Shown piece by piece: positions 7,358-14,847 of a DNA stretch of 24,000 nt (the first letter of the stretch is position 1; every line of letters begins with the position of its first letter). Origin of the DNA: Vibrio aquaticus (GTDB lineage Bacteria > Pseudomonadota > Gammaproteobacteria > Enterobacterales > Vibrionaceae); the NCBI RefSeq assembly GCF_003970385.1, contig NZ_RXZH01000001.1, positions 849,300 through 873,299 on the forward strand. Direction: 5' to 3'. The notes under the pieces are model-generated. The model was not told the origin of the DNA and searched no databases. It saw nothing but the letters and a program-made list of their open reading frames with translations. The translations under genes were made by a program, and so were the position numbers.

Positions 7358-7852
7358 TTAGTTGCCCACTATAATTTCTGGTCTAGACGTCATACCCCAG
7401 AAATCCATAAAGCCTTCAATTTTTCCTTTGTGGATGTAATTGTGAGGGAACGTCTGAAGCAAGTATATGCCGTCATTCTCACGAACTATGTGGTAGAATA
7501 AAAATGTATAACCTGAAGAAATTTGGTTAAACCTATCATTGCTGTCTTCTTTTGTATTCGTGATCAAAGGCACTCGAGAATAAACAAAATAGACCGCTTG
7601 ATTACCGAAACGAAACTGACGAGCTTCCACTTTCCACTTAGAAATAATTCTACCATCCGATGCAGTTTTAGTCTGTAAGGCAACAACCTTTCCACGATAG
7701 CAAGTGAGCGAGACGTCTCGTTTATCCTCAGGCACATGAAGTGATATGGAATATTGGCATGTAGCCCCCACTAAAAAGCCATACATGACAACACTGCTCA
7801 AGATCCCTGTGACAATGAGAGATAAAACAATCAGCTTACGACCTAGAGCCAT
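7358..7852 (-). CDS. ToxS/VtrC-like single-pass periplasmic partner protein (function inferred from context)
   Basis: 164-aa ORF with one N-terminal hydrophobic helix (LIVLSLIVTGILSSVVMYGFLVGA), then a soluble domain. Its start overlaps the stop of the upstream ToxR-like gene by 17 nt. Confidence 0.6.
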   Translation of the reverse strand: MALGRKLIVLSLIVTGILSSVVMYGFLVGATCQYSISLHVPEDKRDVSLTCYRGKVVALQTKTASDGRIISKWKVEARQFRFGNQAVYFVYSRVPLITNTKEDSNDRFNQISSGYTFLFYHIVRENDGIYLLQTFPHNYIHKGKIEGFMDFWGMTSRPEIIVGN

Positions 7853-8471
7853 GACTCACCTCCATCAGACCACTTTGGTCGGAATAATAAAAACGCCCCG
7901 CCTTTCCCACAACTTGCTCTCGACTCGGTTGTTCCCCTTGAATACTGCAGATCGTAGCCTCTCCATATTGTTGGCATTCGACTTTCACCCATGAAAATGT
8001 CGTGTAAATGGCAGCATAGGCGGAGAATAACAGGGTAAGCAGGGCCCCGTATACTTTCACTTGTTCTAAGCCATGATTTCGTTGCTCTAGGGGGGCGAGC
8101 GCCACATGTTCTCTCGTAGGCTCCACATCAGCGACCTCTTCAGCCTCCGGAATGTCTATCTTGTATCCCCTACGAGGCACATTAGTAATCTTAATATTCG
8201 AAATCTCTAGGACCTTACGTAAATTCGTGATGGCCACGGGCAAAGAGTTCGAACCTATAATTTCAGGTCTTCCCCAAGCCGCAACAATCAGATCATGCTT
8301 AGTGATGACCTCTCCTTTATTTTCAGAAAGCTTTTGCAAAATACAACTTTCCGGCAATGTAATTGAAAATGCTTTCTCGTTTTCAAGTATCACTTGAGCC
8401 CCACTCTCACTCCGCTCTAATCTGCAACTTCCTATTGGCAAACTTAACTCATCTATCATTTTCTTCATCAC
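7836..8471 (-). CDS. ToxR/CadC-like membrane-bound transcriptional activator (N-terminal OmpR-type winged helix, one TM segment, short periplasmic tail)
   Basis: 211-aa ORF. The winged-helix segment is LPVAITNLRKVL...VPRRGYKI. The TM segment is VYGALLTLLFSAYAAIYTTFSWV. The ~50-aa C-terminal tail has two Cys. There is no receiver domain. Confidence 0.8.
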   Translation of the reverse strand: MMKKMIDELSLPIGSCRLERSESGAQVILENEKAFSITLPESCILQKLSENKGEVITKHDLIVAAWGRPEIIGSNSLPVAITNLRKVLEISNIKITNVPRRGYKIDIPEAEEVADVEPTREHVALAPLEQRNHGLEQVKVYGALLTLLFSAYAAIYTTFSWVKVECQQYGEATICSIQGEQPSREQVVGKAGRFYYSDQSGLMEVSHGSRS

Positions 8472-9039
8472 TTATACCTAAATTACAGTTTCCTATTTCG
8501 TCAATAAATTAATAACTGATTAGATATTTTTTGCGCCTGAACTGTTAATTAATAATCAATAATTAATCACTTTTGTATAATGTTGATGGAAGTTATATCG
8601 AGTTGGGAAGTCAGTGTCAGTAAGGGTTTGTCACACTCTGTCATTGTGGAGCGACAATCAGGACAAACGTTAACGAATTCTCATGGTAGGTATCATTAAA
8701 TTATGGTCTTAAATGCCCCCCGAATCGAGCTTGATCGGTGAAACTAAGCTGGCTCCCTCCCTTTTCGCCGAAATAATCCACCATCCATTGCGTACTTCCC
8801 TCGATGTAAAATGTGCAATGCACCGAGGCTCCTTCAATAAGATTGTTATCACACAAGTCGATAAAGGATTGGATAGAACGGCAAATAATAGTGTCCATAG
8901 AATTGAGCCTTTTTATTGTTTTTGACTCATGTAGTGTGTGTTCAAAAAGCTCAATCTGATATTAAAATATTTATATATTAATGAATAACTTACCCCAAAA
9001 TATACAAATATAAACAAGCAACCACGTGAATATTGTATC

Positions 9040-9052
9040 TTTACACTGTAAA
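9040..9052. promoter_or_regulatory. parS2-type centromere site TTTACACTGTAAA
   Basis: Exact match to the palindromic chromosome 2 parS consensus TTTACAnTGTAAA. It overlaps the stop codon and last codons of the LysR gene. Confidence 0.7.
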
Positions 9053-9973
9053 GCGTGTCGGTCCTGGCATATTTTTGACCCCATTAAGTAAAGCCTCAAC
9101 CACCAAGGTTAGTGCACGAGGTTGGTATTTACGCTCCTTATACACCAAGTAAGCTTGTCTATCACTGCGAGAGTATTCAGGCATCAGAGGAACAAGGTCG
9201 GTCCCCTTGACCATATTCTGCGGTATTGAAGCAACGCCTACTCCCCTTTCGACCACTGCCATCAATTGATGGATTTCATTTAGAATTAGACGCGGCTTGA
9301 TATTGATGACGTGAGCGAGCTTATCGTCTCGGTACAAGTTGATTTTTCTATCCTGGTCTACACACAGCCATTGGCAACGCTCTAACTCTGTTAGCGTACT
9401 CGGCATACCGTGTCGAGCGATATACTCTTTGCTGGCGTAGAAACCATGCCGAGAAGTGAACAACGGTCGCGCAATCATGTCGTCCATATTGGAGATATCA
9501 AAAGTCATGATCAAGTCGCGCTCCGTCGCAGGAAGCATTCCACTTTCTTGATTGAGCTGCAGCTCGATGTTGAGCTTAGGGTGCTGTTTTAAAAGCTGCT
9601 CGACAATTTGTGCGACAAAACCCGAATAGAAGCTGTGCGGGCAACTTAACCTAATCGTCCCTTCAACATCGTTCTGTTGGCGACGTAGTTGCTGGTAAGC
9701 GACTTCAATTTGCTCCATCTCACTACGAAAAGACTCATAGACTCGCCAGCCAGATTCCGTTGCGACCAGCTCACGCCCTTGTTTGTGCAACAAACGCATA
9801 TTGAGTCGTTCTTCCAAAGCAGAAAGACGACGAGACATGGTCGAGACTGGCAGTTCTAAACGTTTTGATGCAGCTAGCAACGAACCTTGTTCGACGACAG
9901 TGCAAAACAGAAAGAGATCATCAATATTTCCAAATGTGGAATCCACACTTCCATTCCTTACTATTTTTATCAA
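9041..9973 (-). CDS. LysR-family transcriptional regulator
   Basis: 310-aa ORF with an N-terminal HTH (FCTVVEQGSLLAASKRLELPVSTMSRRLSALEERL) and a LysR substrate-binding-like C-terminal domain. It is divergent from a small membrane protein gene. Confidence 0.9.
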   Translation of the reverse strand: MIKIVRNGSVDSTFGNIDDLFLFCTVVEQGSLLAASKRLELPVSTMSRRLSALEERLNMRLLHKQGRELVATESGWRVYESFRSEMEQIEVAYQQLRRQQNDVEGTIRLSCPHSFYSGFVAQIVEQLLKQHPKLNIELQLNQESGMLPATERDLIMTFDISNMDDMIARPLFTSRHGFYASKEYIARHGMPSTLTELERCQWLCVDQDRKINLYRDDKLAHVINIKPRLILNEIHQLMAVVERGVGVASIPQNMVKGTDLVPLMPEYSRSDRQAYLVYKERKYQPRALTLVVEALLNGVKNMPGPTRFTV

Positions 9974-10037
9974 TTTCGATAAGTTTTATATTAATCACAA
10001 CAAAACACAACAAAACACAACAACTAGGAGAAGAATT

Positions 10038-10376
10038 ATGACAAGAACACAGTTTTGGATTACATCCGTACTTTCTTCGTTTTCTATGGCAGTGCTGATG
10101 TCTGGCATCATCACTGCTTCTAAAGTTGGCTTTAATGATTTGTGGCCAGCGGCTTGGTTGAGCAGCCTGATTATTGCGTGGCCTTGTGCATTACTGCTAA
10201 ACTTCACCATTCTGCCGAAAATCAAAATGTTTTCGGAATGGCTAGCGACAAAGGTCAGCGCAACAAAATCAACAAACAGCGAGATAAAAACAATGAAAGT
10301 CGGCTTTAGGGGTTTCTCAAGCGCCAAGGTCAGCGCCTACCCTCCACGCGTTGTTTACAATCGCCATCTGCACTAA
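10038..10376 (+). CDS. DUF2798-like small membrane protein
   Basis: AGGAG (10026-10030) lies 7 nt before ATG 10038. The TM-rich sequence carries an AWP motif (LIIAWPCALLL) typical of DUF2798 as I recall it. The listed start at 9783 would run through the divergent LysR gene, so I rejected it. Confidence 0.7.
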   Translation: MTRTQFWITSVLSSFSMAVLMSGIITASKVGFNDLWPAAWLSSLIIAWPCALLLNFTILPKIKMFSEWLATKVSATKSTNSEIKTMKVGFRGFSSAKVSAYPPRVVYNRHLH

Positions 10377-10384
10377 TAACAGAC

Positions 10385-10418
10385 ATAAAAAAACCGAGCA
10401 CTCAGGCTCGGTTTTCTA
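10385..10418. terminator. Bidirectional intrinsic terminator between convergent genes
   Basis: AAACCGAGC (10391-10399) pairs with GCTCGGTTT (10406-10414), with loop ACTCAG. It is flanked by an A-run upstream and a T-run downstream. Confidence 0.8.
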
Positions 10419-10433
10419 ATTTTCGGCTATGAA

Positions 10434-11150
10434 TTATAGCTCAGCGTTGTGGTAAACCTGCTGAACATCATCACAATCATCCAGCATGTCTAGGAACTTC
10501 TGGAATTTTTCTGCATCTTCGCCAGCCACTGGAGTGTGAGTTTGAGGTACGAACGTAATCTCTTCCACATCCATTGTTAGGTCAGGATAAGCGGTGTTCA
10601 ACGCAGTCTTCGTTTTGAAGAATTCAGTGTGCGGAGCGAATACAGTGATAACACCATCTTCAAGCTCAACGTCAGTCACATCAACGTCTTCCATCATTAG
10701 CGTTTCAAGAATCACTTCGTCATCTTCGCCTTTGAACTGGAATACCGCCTGGTGATCGAACATGTGAGATACAGCACCTTCAACACCAATCTTCGCGCCA
10801 CATTTAACAAAACATTGGCGAACATCTTGGAAAGTACGGTTGCCATTGTCAGTTAGACAGTCAACAATCACGCTCGTGCCACCTGGGCCAAAACCTTCGT
10901 AACGTGCTGGTGCATAATCTTCACCACCGCCGCCGTTAGCTTTATCGAGCGCTTTGTCGATAACGTGTGCTGGAACTTGGTCTTTTTTCGCTTTAGTGAT
11001 CAGGTGCTTTAGCGACAAGTTCATGTCTGGATCACCGCCACCGTTTTTCGCACACATGTAAATTTCTTTACCGTATTTGGAATAAACTTTAATTTTTGCG
11101 CCTGCAGTTTTTGCCATTGAGGCTTTGCGCACTTCAAAACTTCTTCCCAT
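10434..11150 (-). CDS. YebC/PmpR-family DNA-binding regulatory protein
   Basis: 238-aa ORF with family-typical blocks [43 protein letters not shown] and [19 protein letters not shown]. Confidence 0.92.
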   Translation of the reverse strand: MGRSFEVRKASMAKTAGAKIKVYSKYGKEIYMCAKNGGGDPDMNLSLKHLITKAKKDQVPAHVIDKALDKANGGGGEDYAPARYEGFGPGGTSVIVDCLTDNGNRTFQDVRQCFVKCGAKIGVEGAVSHMFDHQAVFQFKGEDDEVILETLMMEDVDVTDVELEDGVITVFAPHTEFFKTKTALNTAYPDLTMDVEEITFVPQTHTPVAGEDAEKFQKFLDMLDDCDDVQQVYHNAEL

Positions 11151-11243
11151 CGGGATGTTCTCTCTAATTCAATTTGTTGCGAAGGATTTTAGCAAAAAGT
11201 GGAATCTTTTCAATTTCTCACCCTTGCAGAGAAAATGAGCTCG

Positions 11244-11453
11244 TTATGCAACACCCATTACTCGTTTATATTTATCTACAGAGTTTAAAAATGAAGCCTT
11301 TTCTTCTTCATCGATAATCTTAGCGGCCTCTTGATCAATTTCATCAGGGCCTGCTTTGGCTTCACGCAATTTCCAAACCAAAAAAGAAGCTTGCTTATCA
11401 AGTTCAATCTTGTTTTTTTCACTCGCTGGAAGCGTTGATAGGTTGATCGACAT
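11244..11453 (-). CDS. Small acidic hypothetical protein (69 aa from the ATG; the listed ORF uses an upstream TTG)
   Basis: The ORF has helical, charged composition (KIIDEEEKASFLNSVDKYKR). It is a separate unit downstream of the terminator at 11549-11588. No family was recognised. Confidence 0.5.
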   Translation of the reverse strand: MSINLSTLPASEKNKIELDKQASFLVWKLREAKAGPDEIDQEAAKIIDEEEKASFLNSVDKYKRVMGVA

Positions 11454-11548
11454 ACTCAGGCTCAAATCTGTAAAAATATGGCTTGGGAATATACCACACC
11501 GCGAGGAAATGTAGACAGGGAAACCTTGCTATAGAGCCCGATTCGATC

Positions 11549-11588
11549 AAAAAAAGTAAAAATAAAGGGCGGCACTCCTGTGCCCCCC
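11549..11588 (-). terminator. Minus-strand intrinsic terminator after the 65-aa gene
   Basis: On the minus strand, GGGGGGCAC-AGGA-GTGCCGCCC pairs at 8 of 9 positions and is followed by TTTATTTTTACTTTTTTT. Confidence 0.7.
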
Positions 11589-11615
11589 TTATGGAGTCGT
11601 TGTTGTTGCAGAAAA

Positions 11616-11813
11616 TTAGTGAAGTAAACCGAGTTCTTTCGCTTCTTCAATGCTTAACCCGCTTTCACGTATTTCTCTTAAGGCTTCAATACGGCGACGT
11701 GCTTCCACCGATTTAGAACTCTTAGTAGGCGCTTGTGATTCAACTTCTTCCGTGAAGTCCCACTTACCTGCAATCTTACTCATTTCATCATGGTCAATAG
11801 AATTAATGGACAT
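11616..11813 (-). CDS. Small hypothetical protein (65 aa) with an acidic N-terminus and an RRRIEALREIRE basic helix
   Basis: GGAGG (complement of 11819-11823) lies 5 nt before ATG 11813 (MSINSIDHDE...). It has its own terminator. The listed start at 11834 has no ribosome-binding site. Confidence 0.65.
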   Translation of the reverse strand: MSINSIDHDEMSKIAGKWDFTEEVESQAPTKSSKSVEARRRIEALREIRESGLSIEEAKELGLLH

Positions 11814-12133
11814 AAAAACCTCCGAACAAACCATGCAAGGGACGAGGTAATCTGTAGCAAAACTCTTCCCCTCTTGTTAAGAATTTTTGGCCCAGAATGT
11901 GATACTGCTAATAGTTCAGAAAGTCTTACTGTTTTTTGTATAAATAAGTTTTGCGTAGCCCCAAAGTGCGAAGTACATTTAAGAGATTGCCCCCGAATAA
12001 ATGAGCGAGATCGCCGTCTCATTTTTGCCCCCTGAGTCGCCTCTTCCATTGCGACATTTACATTACAAACCACTCATTTCTTCGACTGACTTCACCCTTT
12101 TGCTCGCTACTTCTTTTCTCTTTCAAAATAACA

Positions 12134-12152
12134 ATTAATGATAATCATTATC
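12134..12152. promoter_or_regulatory. Fur box
   Basis: ATTAATGATAATCATTATC matches the 19-bp Fur consensus GATAATGATAATCATTATC at 17/19. It ends 28 nt upstream of the first ABC ATPase start codon. Confidence 0.8.
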
Positions 12153-12180
12153 CTTTGCATTTAAATTTTGAGTAAGAGTT

Positions 12181-13029
12181 ATGAGTGAATTAATAAACCA
12201 GCACGCATTTCATCCAGACCCTGTCATTCAGATTAGGGATCTCTGCGTTGACTACATTACCGACAACGGCGATTTTCACGCGGTAAAGTCTGTCAGCTTT
12301 GACATTGGTAAAGGTGAGATTTTTGGTCTCGCAGGCGAATCAGGGTGTGGTAAAAGCACCATTGCATTCGCCATCAATCGCCTACATAAGCCACCGGCGT
12401 TCATTTCTGGCGGCCAAATCCATTTCCAAGGCCAAGACCTGCTTCGCTTGTCAGATGAGCAGATAGGCGCGATACGCTGGAGTGAAATCGCGATGGTGTT
12501 CCAAAGTGCCATGAATTCACTCAACCCTGTTTTGCCTATTCAAGAGCAGTTTGCCGACGTACTTCGCCATCACCGTGGGCTGACCGACGCGCAAGCGAAA
12601 GACCGCGCTGAAAAACTTCTCGACCTGGTCAATATTCCCCGTGAGCGTTTGACCGAGTACCCACACCAATTTAGCGGTGGCATGCGTCAACGTTTGGTCA
12701 TCGCTATCGCCCTTTCTCTTAATCCGAAAGTGATCATTATGGACGAACCCACCACCGCACTGGACGTGGTTGTTCAACGTGAAATCTTGCAACAAATCTA
12801 TCAGTTGCGTGAAGAGTTTGGTTTTTCTGTTCTGTTCATCACCCATGATCTCGCCCTAATGAGCCAACTCTGTGACCGTATTGCCATCATGAGAAACGGC
12901 GAATTGGTTGAAGTGAATCAAGCCAAGCAGATTCGTAATCATCCCCAACACGCTTACACACAAAAGTTATGGGCTTCTTTCCCTAATATCCATGAAGGCA
13001 AACACCAACAGCAAGGAGCGACCGCATGA
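12181..13029 (+). CDS. ABC transporter ATP-binding protein, DppD/OppD type
   Basis: Walker A is GESGCGKST, the signature is FSGGMRQR, and Walker B is IIMDEPTTALD. An oligopeptide-type C-terminal segment (HPQHAYTQKL) is present. Confidence 0.92.
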   Translation: MSELINQHAFHPDPVIQIRDLCVDYITDNGDFHAVKSVSFDIGKGEIFGLAGESGCGKSTIAFAINRLHKPPAFISGGQIHFQGQDLLRLSDEQIGAIRWSEIAMVFQSAMNSLNPVLPIQEQFADVLRHHRGLTDAQAKDRAEKLLDLVNIPRERLTEYPHQFSGGMRQRLVIAIALSLNPKVIIMDEPTTALDVVVQREILQQIYQLREEFGFSVLFITHDLALMSQLCDRIAIMRNGELVEVNQAKQIRNHPQHAYTQKLWASFPNIHEGKHQQQGATA

Positions 13030-13958
13030 GTGAACCAATTATCCAACTGAATGACGTAGTTAAAGAGTTCACTATTGGCGGTGGTTTTGCGTCAGAGGAG
13101 AAATTCAAAGCTCTGCAAGGGATCAACTTAAACTTACACAAAGGCCGCACACTGGCGTTAGTCGGCGAGTCGGGATGTGGCAAGAGTACCTGCGCAAGAC
13201 TGATCACTAAAGTACATCCAGCGACGTCTGGCGAGATCCTTTTCAATGGCCGTAATATCAATGAGATCACCAGTCGAAAAGATCTTCAAGAGTATCGCAG
13301 TAAAGTTCAAATGGTGTTTCAAGACCCGTTTGGCTCACTTAATCCAACCCAAACCATTGCTCATCACCTAACTCGCCCATTAAAAATACACAATCAAGTC
13401 GCCAGCAAAAAAGACATTCCTGCTAAGTTACAAGAACTTATCCAGATGGTTGAGCTTGCACCTGATACGTTAGAAAAGTTTCCTCATGAGCTCAGTGGCG
13501 GCCAGCGTCAGCGCGTCAACTTAGCCAGAGCTCTCGCCGTTGGTGCAGAAGTCATTTTAGCGGATGAGCCAACTTCAATGTTGGACGTATCAATCCGATT
13601 GGGCGTACTGAACCTTATGCAACGCATGAAGAAAGAGCTTGGTATCGGCTTCCTGTACATTACTCATGACCTAGCGACAGCCCACTACATCGCAGAAGAA
13701 ACGGCCGTCATGTACAAAGGGCAAATTGTTGAATGGGGGGATACCCAAGCGATCTTAACCGATCCGCAACATCCGTATACCAAGCTGCTGATCTCTGCCG
13801 TTCCCGATCCGGATCTGCCATTTGGTCAATTGGTAGAAAGTGAGCCAAACTATTCAGTAGAAGCAGACCAAGTTCGTCAGGACAGCGCGATTGTTCAAGA
13901 AGGTTTTGATCAAGTCGGCGCCAACCACTTTGTAAAACATTGGATTAAAGCGGCATGA
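13026..13958 (+). CDS. ABC transporter ATP-binding protein, DppF/OppF type
   Basis: Walker A is GESGCGKST, the signature is LSGGQRQR, and Walker B is ILADEPTSMLD. The tail carries DPQHPYTKLL. An ATGA overlap joins it to the upstream gene. Confidence 0.92.
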   Translation: MSEPIIQLNDVVKEFTIGGGFASEEKFKALQGINLNLHKGRTLALVGESGCGKSTCARLITKVHPATSGEILFNGRNINEITSRKDLQEYRSKVQMVFQDPFGSLNPTQTIAHHLTRPLKIHNQVASKKDIPAKLQELIQMVELAPDTLEKFPHELSGGQRQRVNLARALAVGAEVILADEPTSMLDVSIRLGVLNLMQRMKKELGIGFLYITHDLATAHYIAEETAVMYKGQIVEWGDTQAILTDPQHPYTKLLISAVPDPDLPFGQLVESEPNYSVEADQVRQDSAIVQEGFDQVGANHFVKHWIKAA

Positions 13959-14434
13959 ATCAACTAGATACGTGGGTTAATCAGATCAGTCAGTGGTATC
14001 ACACTCGAAAGCATGATCAAGGAGTACAACTGGAATCATTGATCTTATCAGCGCCAGAAGATGTGTGGGGACCGATGATCACCGAAACTCAAAGCAAAGC
14101 GATCGCCTGCTGGCTGGATGGTTGCCTACGTATCTTTCAGCATTCTCGTTATGAACAACCAAGCAAAGCCTATCAATACTTACAACTCGCCTATAGCAAG
14201 CTGCAATGGGTGGTGACTAGACCATCTAGCGAATTGGATCTGAAAGATTGGTGCATGAAGCGGATGCAGCATTTAGCCGTTCTTAGTTTAGAGTTCTGTA
14301 ATCAGCAATCTGATGACCATTGGCAGCATGAGTCGCATCTATTGATTGAAACTCATGTCCAGTTCATGGCGAGTCAACGGTGGAATGAAGATCCACACTG
14401 GAACAATGATCAAGGTAATCCATCGTATCACTAA
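13955..14434 (+). CDS. Hypothetical Trp/His/Gln-rich soluble protein, translationally coupled to the ABC ATPases
   Basis: 159-aa ORF whose ATGA overlaps the upstream stop. No TM segment or recognisable motif. Confidence 0.6.
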   Translation: MNQLDTWVNQISQWYHTRKHDQGVQLESLILSAPEDVWGPMITETQSKAIACWLDGCLRIFQHSRYEQPSKAYQYLQLAYSKLQWVVTRPSSELDLKDWCMKRMQHLAVLSLEFCNQQSDDHWQHESHLLIETHVQFMASQRWNEDPHWNNDQGNPSYH

Positions 14435-14444
14435 ATTTTACGGA

Positions 14445-14494
14445 AAAGCCCGGATCAATGATCAAGGAAACTCTTGATCATTGATCCGGGCTTT
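14445..14494. repeat. Perfect 22-bp inverted repeat carrying two iteron-like ATGATCA motifs and four GATC sites
   Basis: AAAGCCCGGATCAATGATCAAG (14445-14466), loop GAAACT, CTTGATCATTGATCCGGGCTTT (14473-14494). It may also act as the terminator of the ABC operon. Confidence 0.8.
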
Positions 14495-14565
14495 CGTTGT
14501 AATGGCTGAGCGAAATGGTGAGGCGAGAGATAAAGAAAAGGGAAGTAAGGTGCTGAATTTTGGAC

Positions 14566-14592
14566 AAAAAAAAGCGAGTTCAGAGAACTCGC
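14566..14592 (-). terminator. Minus-strand intrinsic terminator in the gap downstream of rctB
   Basis: GCGAGTTC (14574-14581) pairs with GAACTCGC (14585-14592), with a 3-nt loop. An A8 on the plus strand immediately upstream (14566-14573) gives a T8 after the hairpin on the minus strand. Confidence 0.6.
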
Positions 14593-14799
14593 AAAAATAT
14601 TCAGAATGAATGTAACAATATGAGCCAATCTATAGGAACCATTCGATTCCTCATTCATCAGAAAGGACAAAAGGTTGTCTATTCGGGATAAATATTATCC
14701 AACTCCCCCTACCCCAATGTCAGTTAACTGTCAGGGGAATGTAGTAGCTCTGTCTTAATCATCCAAGACTGTAACAAGGTATTTTTGTTGGTAACGAAA

Positions 14800-14831
14800 C
14801 AAAAAAACCAGCCAAAATCGGCTGGTTTTTT
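14800..14831. terminator. Bidirectional terminator immediately after the rctB stop
   Basis: CCAGCC (14808-14813) pairs with GGCTGG (14820-14825), with loop AAAATC. It is flanked by A8 upstream and T6 downstream. The rctB stop codon is at 14848-14850. Confidence 0.75.
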
Positions 14832-14847
14832 CATTGTATTGGAGTAA

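Noticed and set aside
8701-8925. Mutually overlapping ORFs 8701..8898 (minus, 65 aa) and 8713..8925 (plus, 70 aa) in the AT-rich gap between the ToxR-like and LysR genes.
   Set aside because: Neither has a convincing ribosome-binding site or a known motif, and I cannot decide between the strands. The minus-strand product looks more protein-like but remains unsupported.
9783-10037. Long version of the DUF2798 ORF (start 9783), and antisense ORF 9995..10327.
   Set aside because: The extension runs antisense through the 5' end of the LysR gene. ATG 10038 has a good AGGAG. The antisense ORF is the mirror of the membrane protein gene.
11451-11813. Both small proteins start with MSIN, suggesting paralogy.
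   Set aside because: Beyond the first four residues there is no alignable similarity, and the nucleotide sequences differ. This is probably coincidence.
12057-12069. parS2-like TTTACATTACAAA.
   Set aside because: Only one half-site is intact (11/13), with two mismatches in the second arm of the palindrome. It is probably not a functional centromere site.
11780-12073. ORFs 11780..12073 (minus, 97 aa), 11790..12035 (plus, 81 aa) and 11650..11850 (plus) in the region upstream of the Fur box.
   Set aside because: They overlap each other and the well-supported 65-aa gene, have odd Cys/Arg-rich composition and lack ribosome-binding sites. I treated the region as regulatory and intergenic.
14455-14670. 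71-aa minus-strand ORF downstream of rctB.
   Set aside because: It reads straight through a terminator hairpin and the 22-bp inverted repeat. Its composition is low-complexity and it has no ribosome-binding site.
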